Positions 56,723-64,000 of a stretch of 64,000 nucleotides of DNA are shown here, piece after piece. The notes under the pieces are model-generated. The model was not told the origin of the DNA and searched no databases. It saw only the letters and a list, made by a program, of their open reading frames with translations. The DNA is taken from the NCBI GenBank assembly GCA_963676375.2, contig CAXXPT010000012.1, positions 3,035 through 67,034 on the forward strand. Reading direction: 5' to 3'. Source of the DNA: Prolixibacteraceae bacterium. Lineage in GTDB: Bacteria; Bacteroidota; Bacteroidia; Bacteroidales; Prolixibacteraceae. The translations under genes and the position numbers were made by a program. The number at the start of each line of letters is the position of its first letter. The stretch's first letter is position 1.

Positions 56723-57823
56723 ATGAGCGCAAAAATTCTGCTGGTTATTTCACTGTTTTTACTCATTGGAAATGCAGGCCAACTGAGCGCTCAGATGTAT
56801 GACAAAATGGAAGGTGGTGGTAAACCTGATCCGCAGTTAAGCCAAAAAGATAATGATTACCTCGACCGTCAAGCCAAAGTTTTTTTAGATACCGTATCAG
56901 CTATTTTGTTCAAATTTCAGCCTACCGCTTTGCCTGAAATAAGGGAACGTGGAATGGCCAAATTACTGATGGATGCCGTATTTCACGAACATTTTTCCGT
57001 TTACCGGAAACCTGTTCAGGAGTTTTTTCATGTACGGGTCGATCAGGTAATTAAGGAATTGGAAACCACCAAAGTTGAAAAAGGTGTTCAGATCTGGAAG
57101 GTATACAACATGGCTTTCATCGCACGAACCAAATCAGTAACCATTGCCTTTGATCTGGTGAGTGGAATCACTTCTGGATCTCCCGATTTTGCTATGAGTC
57201 AGGATCAAATTGATCGTCTCGCCAAACAATGCGATGCTTTGCTGATTTCGCACCGGCATCCGGATCATGCTGATAAACCTGTTGCTGAGAAGTTCATTGA
57301 ATTGGGGCTGCCGGTAGTTGCTCCGGAACAGGTTTGGAAAGATGAACCAATTTCTTCGAAGATTACTCATTTGGAACGAACTGCCGAGAAAACTCAAAAA
57401 CTCAAACTCAAAAAATGTACACTTGATCTGGTGGTTTATCCCGGCCATCAGATGAAATCGATTGATAACAATGTTTATCTGGTAAAAACTCCGGAAGGAA
57501 TTACGCTTGCCCATATTGGCGATCAGATTAATGAAGGGGATTTTATGGTGGATTGGGAATGGATCGATCAGGTAAACAAAACCCAACGCGTCGATGTGCT
57601 CATGCCCAATGCCTGGACCACCGATATTTTCAGGATTGCAAAAGGCTTTGATCCCAGGCTGATCATACCGGGTCATGAAATCGAAATGGGACACACCGTT
57701 TGGGACAGGCTACCGTTTTGGGGCGATGATCAGTATCTGGAATTGAATTATTCGGAACTAAAGAAATCAAAATATACGGTGGCAGTGCTGGTTTGGGGCG
57801 AATCGTACCGGTATATTCCTTAA
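56723..57823 (+). CDS. MBL-fold metallo-hydrolase
   Basis: ISHRHPDHAD (HxHxDH), plus a signal peptide. Confidence 0.7.
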   Translation: MSAKILLVISLFLLIGNAGQLSAQMYDKMEGGGKPDPQLSQKDNDYLDRQAKVFLDTVSAILFKFQPTALPEIRERGMAKLLMDAVFHEHFSVYRKPVQEFFHVRVDQVIKELETTKVEKGVQIWKVYNMAFIARTKSVTIAFDLVSGITSGSPDFAMSQDQIDRLAKQCDALLISHRHPDHADKPVAEKFIELGLPVVAPEQVWKDEPISSKITHLERTAEKTQKLKLKKCTLDLVVYPGHQMKSIDNNVYLVKTPEGITLAHIGDQINEGDFMVDWEWIDQVNKTQRVDVLMPNAWTTDIFRIAKGFDPRLIIPGHEIEMGHTVWDRLPFWGDDQYLELNYSELKKSKYTVAVLVWGESYRYIP

Positions 57824-57835
57824 AAAATTAATGAT

Positions 57836-58822
57836 ATGAAGAACAGATTTGGAATGCTTTGGGCAATATGGACTTTGTTTGGCATCGCATTAATTTATTG
57901 CGTCTCTGTTTCTGATTCAAAGCTCAGCCCGATTTCAATCATTGCGAATGTTTTTAGCCTTTCGCCTTTAATCGGACTTTTGATTGCCTTAGGTTCCGGA
58001 AAAGCTTCTGGGCAGTTTAACGATTGGCTTCGTGGAAACACCAATTCGCTGGTTTATGTTGCGGGTGGAATATCGCTTCTGGCCTTGCTTCCCGGAATAA
58101 TGACCTTTAATTTCAATCCGTATTATTGGGTCATTTTTGCCGCTAGCGTTTTTGCGGTATTGGGAGTCTTAAAACAATCGAAAAACGAAGAATATACCTT
58201 TACCTGGACTGATTTGGCGCTCTGGATCCTACTTTGGATTCCTTTTGATCTCCGCTGGTCAATGGAATTACTTCCGGGAGTGAGTGAAACCTATACCTGG
58301 TGGTCGATTGCCATTTCGGTTATTGCAGTAATTGGCTGGTCAGGTTATCGCGGCGCCGATATTGGGTTTAATCTCGTCCCCAAATTCAAGGATATCCGTG
58401 TTGCATTAATTGCATTGGCAATAATCATGGCATTCGTTGTTCCACCAGGATTGATCACCGGATTTCTGAAGTTTAATGTTCCTGAATCGTACAATATCCC
58501 AAAGTTAGTCCTTCATTTTGTTGGATTGTTTCTAACTGTTGCATTGCCCGAAGAGCTCTTTTTCAGAGGAATTCTGCTTCGGGGACTGGATAAAATGTTT
58601 TCCAAAAAATGGATTCCATTGGTTATATCCTCCTTGGCTTTTGGGCTCATGCACTGGAACAATGTGAATACTTTACCCACACAAATCACCTACGTGGCTT
58701 TAGCCGCAATTGCCGGTGTGGGCTATGGTTGGGCCTTTCGGAAAAGCGGAAACAGTTTATTTGCCGCCATTCTGGTTCATACACTGGTCGATTGGGTTTG
58801 GAAATTAATCCTTGCCGGCTAA
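57836..58822 (+). CDS. CPBP-family intramembrane glutamic endopeptidase (CAAX protease-like)
   Basis: Motifs EELFFRG, FGLMHWNN and HTLVDW, in a polytopic membrane protein. Confidence 0.8.
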   Translation: MKNRFGMLWAIWTLFGIALIYCVSVSDSKLSPISIIANVFSLSPLIGLLIALGSGKASGQFNDWLRGNTNSLVYVAGGISLLALLPGIMTFNFNPYYWVIFAASVFAVLGVLKQSKNEEYTFTWTDLALWILLWIPFDLRWSMELLPGVSETYTWWSIAISVIAVIGWSGYRGADIGFNLVPKFKDIRVALIALAIIMAFVVPPGLITGFLKFNVPESYNIPKLVLHFVGLFLTVALPEELFFRGILLRGLDKMFSKKWIPLVISSLAFGLMHWNNVNTLPTQITYVALAAIAGVGYGWAFRKSGNSLFAAILVHTLVDWVWKLILAG

Positions 58823-58893
58823 TCGAGAACATTCCTGAATTTAGTATCGCATGCTGAATCAAAATAGAACACTTAGCCATTAAAAAACTGACT

Positions 58894-61824
58894 ATGCACA
58901 TCAAGAATTTATATTCCAAACTTTTTATCCTCCTGCTCCTTCTCACAGCTTGTCAGAAAAAAAAGGACTACACCCAATTGGTGAATGTTTTTGTCGGGAC
59001 AGATTTTCATGGTCATACTTTTCCGGGAGCTACCGTACCGCATGGAATGGTTCAACTGAGTCCGGATACCCGCACAACAACCTGGGATGGCTGCTCCGGA
59101 TACCATTATTCCGATCAAAGTATCATCGGTTTTAGCCATATTCATTTCAGCGGAACCGGTGCCGGAGGTGGGGCAGATATCATGCTGATGCCTTCTGTTG
59201 GCGCGGTTCAGCTGACTCCGGGCGATCCTGCCGATTCGAAATCGGGTTACCGCTCGGCCTTTTCCCATGAGCAGGAAAAAGCTTCACCCGGCTATTATTC
59301 AGTGATGTTGGAGGATGGAATAACGGCTGAACTTACGGCCAGCACACATGTTGGCTTGCATCAATATACCTTCAGTCAAACCGATTCAGGAAACATTATC
59401 CTCGACGTGACACACGGGATCAACGATCAGGTCGACAGTTTGGTTATTCAGAAAATATCAGATTCTAAAGTTGTGGGTTTCCGCCATGCGCACCGCAGTC
59501 TCGAAGGTGACCGCATCATTTATTTTGCAGCCGAATTTTCAAGACCATTTTCGTCATGCGGGCTTTATAGCAATGATCAGGTGCAGGCCAATCAGCAAGC
59601 CGTCGGAAGTAAAAATGCCAAAGCGGTATTTAGTTTCGATACCAAACAAACCAAAGAAGTACTGGTAAAAGTGGCCATTTCGAAAGTAGGTATTGCCGGT
59701 GCTGAGAATAACCTGAAAGAGATTCCGGGTTGGGATTTTGAAGCGGTTCGTGAAAATGCCCGGAAACTTTGGAACGAAGAACTTTCAAAAATTGAGGTGG
59801 AAGGCGGAACAGAAGTTCAGCAACGTACTTTTTACACGGCTTTGTATCATGCCAATATTCACCCCAACATCAACATGGACCTCGACCGCCGGTATTGCAG
59901 CACCGATCACAAAATTTATACTGCCGACCATTTCGACAATTACACCACCTATTCACTTTGGGATACGTTCAGAGCCCTGCATCCGCTTTTTACCATCATC
60001 GATCAGAAACGAACGAACCAATACATCCGGAGTTTTATTGAGCGCTACCAGCATTTCGGAAACCTGCCCATTATGGAATTTGGCGGAAATGAGGGATTTG
60101 CCATGATCGGCTATCATTCGTTGCCGGTGATTGCTGATGCCTGGGTCAAAGGAATCCGGGATTATGACGTCAATCTGGCTTATGAAGGAATGAAAAAGCT
60201 GTCGGAAGGATACCGCACCGGAAAGGACGTTTACAAAAATATGGGCTTCATTCCGTATGACAATGAAAACCAGTCGGTCTCCAAAACCCTGGAATATTGT
60301 TACGACGACTGGTGCGTATCGCAACTGGCCAAAACATACAACGAGGCTGACTATCATTTTTATTCGCAGAAAGGACAATTTTACCGGAATGTTTTTTCAT
60401 CGGAAGCCGGATTTATGCGGCCAAAGGGCAATGATTACCAGTGGCTGACTCTATTTGATCCGATGAAAATTTCGGGTCATTATACCGAAGGGAATGCTTT
60501 TCAGTACAGCACTTTTGTTCCTCATGACCTAAACAGTTTGATTGAGTTGATGGGTGGTGATCAGAAGTTTGAGAACTGGCTGGATACCTGTTTCACGAAA
60601 CAGAACGAATCCGGTAAGGCCGATCTTCAGGATGTTACCGGACTGATTGGCCAGTATGCCCAAGGCAATGAGCCCAGCCACAACATGGCCTATTTATACA
60701 ATTTTGTGGGCAAACCCTGGAAAACCCAGCAACGGGTTAGGCAAATTCTGGAAACGCTTTATACCGATCAGCCTGACGGATTGTGCGGAAATGAGGATGC
60801 CGGTCAGATGTCGGCCTGGTTTGTTTTGAGTTCGATGGGTTTCTACCCGGTCACTCCCGGCCTGGACTATTATGTCATTGGCTCTCCGCTCTTCAACAAA
60901 GTGACCATCCACCTCGAAAATGGAAAGAATTTCGTGATTCAGGCAAAAAATGCGGGTGAACAGAATAAATATATTCAATCAGCTGCCTTAAATGGTGCAG
61001 CATATACCCAATCGTTTCTCCTTCACAATGAAATCATGAATGGTGGAGATTTGGTTTTCACCATGGCCGAAAAGCCCAATCCTGAATGGGGAAGTAAAAC
61101 CGAAGACCGGCCAAAAACCACCGGATATTCATCCGTAGCTATGCCGCAGATCGTTTCAAAGGAAAAAAGTTTTCTATTGACAACCGATGTTTCTTTAGTT
61201 TGCGAAGATAGAAATGCAGTAATCCGCTACACCACTGATGGTTCGGATCCAAACGAATCTTCTGTCCTTTACAGCAAACCAATTGTTATAACTCAAACAA
61301 CAACTATAAAAGCCAGAAGCTTTATCAAAGGGAAGAATCCGAGCTATCCGGCTACCATGAACTTCGAAAAATTGTCGGTTCAGCCTGCAGTGGAGGTAAA
61401 TAATCTACAACGCGGCTTGAAATACGAATACCTTGAAGGCTATTGCATGTCGGTTGCCGATATGAAAAACTACAAGATCATTCAAACGGGTTCAATGCCC
61501 GAAATCAGCATCGACGCCATCAAAGACGACCGAGCTTTTGGTTATTTCTTTACAGGATATCTGAAAGTGCCCGTCAGCGGAGTTTATACCTTCTTCCTTG
61601 GTTCAAACGACGGAAGTAACCTGATTATCGACGATAAATTGCTGATCGATAACGATGGCGGTCATGGGAAAGATGAGAAATGGAACAAACGCGCTTTGGA
61701 AAAAGGCTGGCATTCCTTTCAGTTAAATTACTTCCAGATGGGATTGGCGAAAGCTTTAAATGTAAGCTGGCAGCCGCCCGGAAAGCAAAAGGAAAAAATT
61801 CCGGCTTCGGTATTGTTTCATTAA
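58894..61824 (+). CDS. GH92 alpha-mannosidase with C-terminal CHB_HEX_C-like and PA14 domains
   Basis: GH92 N-terminus VNVFVGTDFHGHTFPGATVPHGMVQLSPDT. PA14-like YFFTGYLKVPVSGVYTFFLGSNDGSNLIIDD. It has a lipoprotein signal. Confidence 0.9.
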   Translation: MHIKNLYSKLFILLLLLTACQKKKDYTQLVNVFVGTDFHGHTFPGATVPHGMVQLSPDTRTTTWDGCSGYHYSDQSIIGFSHIHFSGTGAGGGADIMLMPSVGAVQLTPGDPADSKSGYRSAFSHEQEKASPGYYSVMLEDGITAELTASTHVGLHQYTFSQTDSGNIILDVTHGINDQVDSLVIQKISDSKVVGFRHAHRSLEGDRIIYFAAEFSRPFSSCGLYSNDQVQANQQAVGSKNAKAVFSFDTKQTKEVLVKVAISKVGIAGAENNLKEIPGWDFEAVRENARKLWNEELSKIEVEGGTEVQQRTFYTALYHANIHPNINMDLDRRYCSTDHKIYTADHFDNYTTYSLWDTFRALHPLFTIIDQKRTNQYIRSFIERYQHFGNLPIMEFGGNEGFAMIGYHSLPVIADAWVKGIRDYDVNLAYEGMKKLSEGYRTGKDVYKNMGFIPYDNENQSVSKTLEYCYDDWCVSQLAKTYNEADYHFYSQKGQFYRNVFSSEAGFMRPKGNDYQWLTLFDPMKISGHYTEGNAFQYSTFVPHDLNSLIELMGGDQKFENWLDTCFTKQNESGKADLQDVTGLIGQYAQGNEPSHNMAYLYNFVGKPWKTQQRVRQILETLYTDQPDGLCGNEDAGQMSAWFVLSSMGFYPVTPGLDYYVIGSPLFNKVTIHLENGKNFVIQAKNAGEQNKYIQSAALNGAAYTQSFLLHNEIMNGGDLVFTMAEKPNPEWGSKTEDRPKTTGYSSVAMPQIVSKEKSFLLTTDVSLVCEDRNAVIRYTTDGSDPNESSVLYSKPIVITQTTTIKARSFIKGKNPSYPATMNFEKLSVQPAVEVNNLQRGLKYEYLEGYCMSVADMKNYKIIQTGSMPEISIDAIKDDRAFGYFFTGYLKVPVSGVYTFFLGSNDGSNLIIDDKLLIDNDGGHGKDEKWNKRALEKGWHSFQLNYFQMGLAKALNVSWQPPGKQKEKIPASVLFH

Positions 61825-61870
61825 ATCAGAATTGAATTTAAAACGAGAAACAAACATCACAACATATCCA

Positions 61871-64000
61871 ATGAAAACACTTTTCAGAATTTTCATCTTA
61901 GTACTGATGCTGAGCTCCTGCAAGGAAAAAACGGAGGTTAAAGTCGTCAACTTAAAATGCGAGTATAAGGTAAATCCGATCGGGGTGGACCTTGCCAAAC
62001 CGCGGCTGAGCTGGGTTTCCGAATCTGCTCAGCGGGGAGTTTCGCAGTCGGCTTATCAGGTACTGGTTGCATCAACTCAGAAAAATCTGGATGAAAATGT
62101 TGCCGATATCTGGGACAGCCAAAAGGTTTCGTCAGATCAATCGATTCAGATTGTTTATGAAGGAAAACCGCTCGAAAGCAATCAGACCTATTTCTGGAAA
62201 GTAAAAATCTGGGATCAGAACGGCGATGAGCATGTAAGCGAACCGGCTTTCTGGACTACCGGATTACTGAACCAATCGGACTGGAAAGCCAAATGGATTG
62301 GGTTGGACAAGGCTGTTGGGATCGATGATCCAAATACACCGCGCAAAATACTTTCTGCCAGAATGTTGAGGCACGAATTTGATCTGGATAAGAAAGTAAA
62401 ATCAGCTACTGCATTTATTTCAGGACTTGGCCTGTTTGAACTTTATCTGAACGGTGAAAAAATCGGTGATCAGGTTCTGGCTCCGGGATTGACAGAATAC
62501 AACAAGCGGGCTTTTTACCTGACTTTTGACGTGACAAAGTATTTACAAGCCGATAAAAATACACTTGGGGTCATACTCGGTAACGGGCGCTTTTATGCCA
62601 TGCGAGGTGGTGGTACCGAGAAAACAAGACATTACGGGTTTCCGAAATTGATCTGTCAGCTCGTAGTAAAATATGAAGATGGATCGGAGCAGACGATCGT
62701 TTCGGACGAAACTTGGAAACTGACAGCCAATGGTCCGATTCGCAAAAACAGTGAATACGATGGTGAGTTTTACGACGCCCGAATGGAACTGAAGGATTGG
62801 AGTAAAACAGGCTTCGATGATGCTTCGTGGATGAATGCTGAATTGGTTCAGAAACCTTGCGAAAAGATAGTTGCGCAGCCTATTGAGCCGATTAAAATAA
62901 CCGACGAAATCGCACCGGTGGGCATTAAGCAGATCAAACCCGGAACTTATATTTTTGACATGGGCCAGAATATGGTAGGCTGGTGCGAATTGCTGGTTAA
63001 GGGTAAAAAGGGCGATAAAGTGACACTCCGGTTTGCAGAGCGTTTAAATCCCGATGGATCATTATATCTGGATAATATTCGTACTGCCGAAGTTACCGAT
63101 ACTTATGTCCTGAAAGGCGAAGGCGAAGAAAGATGGGAACCCCGGTTCACTTATCATGGGTTCAAGTATGTTGAAATGATCGGGTATCCCGGAGTTCCGA
63201 CCCTTTCATCAATTAAAGGAAAAGTGGTTCATGATGCATTGGATATTTCCGGATCGTTTACCTGCTCCAATCCAATCATTAACAGTGTCTATAAAAATGC
63301 ATTCTGGGGAATCAGCGGAAATTACCGAAGTATGCCAACCGACTGTCCGCAGCGCGACGAACGGCAAGGCTGGCTGGGCGACCGCTCGGCTGAATGTACC
63401 GGAGAGAGCTACATTTTCGATATTTCGAAACTCTATAACAAATGGGTAACCGACATGAATGATGCCCAGAATGACAGCGGAAGCATTCCTGATGTTGCTC
63501 CTTCTTACTGGCCATTTTACAGCGATAACACCACCTGGCCCGGAACATTCCTGTTTGCTTCAGACATGCTTTACACGCAGTACGGCGATCTGAAAACCAT
63601 CGAAAACAACTATCCGGCCATGCAAAAGTGGATTGCTCACATGAGCCAGTTCCTAAACGATGGCATCATGCCAAAAGATACTTACGGCGATTGGTGCGTT
63701 CCGCCGGAAGATTTGACTTTTATAAATTCGAGCGATCCGCAACGGATTACGAGAGCCGATTATATCGGGACAGCCTATTTCTATTACGAATTAAAGCTCA
63801 TGGGCAAATTTGCCCGTTTGCTGGGCAAAGAAAATGATGCGGCAGGCTATTCCAAAACGGCTGAAGTAATGAAAACAGCTTTCAATAAAAAGTTTTTGGA
63901 TCCGAAGGAGTTGAAATACAGCAACAATACCTGTACCGCTAATATTTTGGCTCTTGCCTTCGACTTGGTACCTGCGGAAAACAAAGACAAAATCGTTGAT
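61871..64000 (+). CDS. GH78 alpha-L-rhamnosidase (3' end outside window)
   Basis: Translating from ATG 61871 gives MKTLFRIFILVLMLSSC..., LKCEYKVNPIGVDLAKPRLSW, and later MPTDCPQRDERQGWLGDR. The frame is open to the window end, so it is absent from the ORF track. Confidence 0.85.
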   Translation, partial: MKTLFRIFILVLMLSSCKEKTEVKVVNLKCEYKVNPIGVDLAKPRLSWVSESAQRGVSQSAYQVLVASTQKNLDENVADIWDSQKVSSDQSIQIVYEGKPLESNQTYFWKVKIWDQNGDEHVSEPAFWTTGLLNQSDWKAKWIGLDKAVGIDDPNTPRKILSARMLRHEFDLDKKVKSATAFISGLGLFELYLNGEKIGDQVLAPGLTEYNKRAFYLTFDVTKYLQADKNTLGVILGNGRFYAMRGGGTEKTRHYGFPKLICQLVVKYEDGSEQTIVSDETWKLTANGPIRKNSEYDGEFYDARMELKDWSKTGFDDASWMNAELVQKPCEKIVAQPIEPIKITDEIAPVGIKQIKPGTYIFDMGQNMVGWCELLVKGKKGDKVTLRFAERLNPDGSLYLDNIRTAEVTDTYVLKGEGEERWEPRFTYHGFKYVEMIGYPGVPTLSSIKGKVVHDALDISGSFTCSNPIINSVYKNAFWGISGNYRSMPTDCPQRDERQGWLGDRSAECTGESYIFDISKLYNKWVTDMNDAQNDSGSIPDVAPSYWPFYSDNTTWPGTFLFASDMLYTQYGDLKTIENNYPAMQKWIAHMSQFLNDGIMPKDTYGDWCVPPEDLTFINSSDPQRITRADYIGTAYFYYELKLMGKFARLLGKENDAAGYSKTAEVMKTAFNKKFLDPKELKYSNNTCTANILALAFDLVPAENKDKIVD

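Overview
This window looks like a Bacteroidota chromosome segment, judged from the SusC/SusD pair, CTnDOT-type tra genes and lipoprotein signals. A glycan-utilisation locus occupies both flanks. The left flank (1-12.7 kb) has the SusC C-terminus, SusD, three GH29 fucosidases, a GH3 and two SGNH esterases. The right flank (45.5-64 kb) has a frameshifted GH2, a ROK kinase, an MFS transporter, a DegT aminotransferase, a Gfo/Idh/MocA oxidoreductase, GH3, GH92 and GH78. Between about 12.74 and 45.5 kb the locus is split by a roughly 33 kb mosaic accessory island made of four parts. (1) A decayed CTnDOT-like conjugative element with an rteC-like gene, an HTH/ATPase module and traE-traN. Its coupling-protein gene is cut by an IS21-family element, and no relaxase or intact integrase was seen. 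(2) An integron-like run of gene units separated by attC-like imperfect palindromes. The units are a HEPN/Ymh protein, an IntI-like tyrosine recombinase translationally coupled to an IS91 Y2 transposase, an Mrr-type nuclease and a GGCT-like protein. (3) A very AT-rich three-gene operon encoding a GHKL-ATPase-like protein, a tandem PRTase-like protein and a TIR protein. I do not recognise it as a named defence system. (4) A convergent operon encoding a TIR protein, a standalone SLOG protein and a decayed ThsB-like TIR, followed by a decayed large serine recombinase. All functional calls rest on motifs read by eye and on gene context. No database search, structure prediction or statistics could be run. 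The ORF track uses non-ATG starts in places, and I adjusted a few starts to the first ATG.
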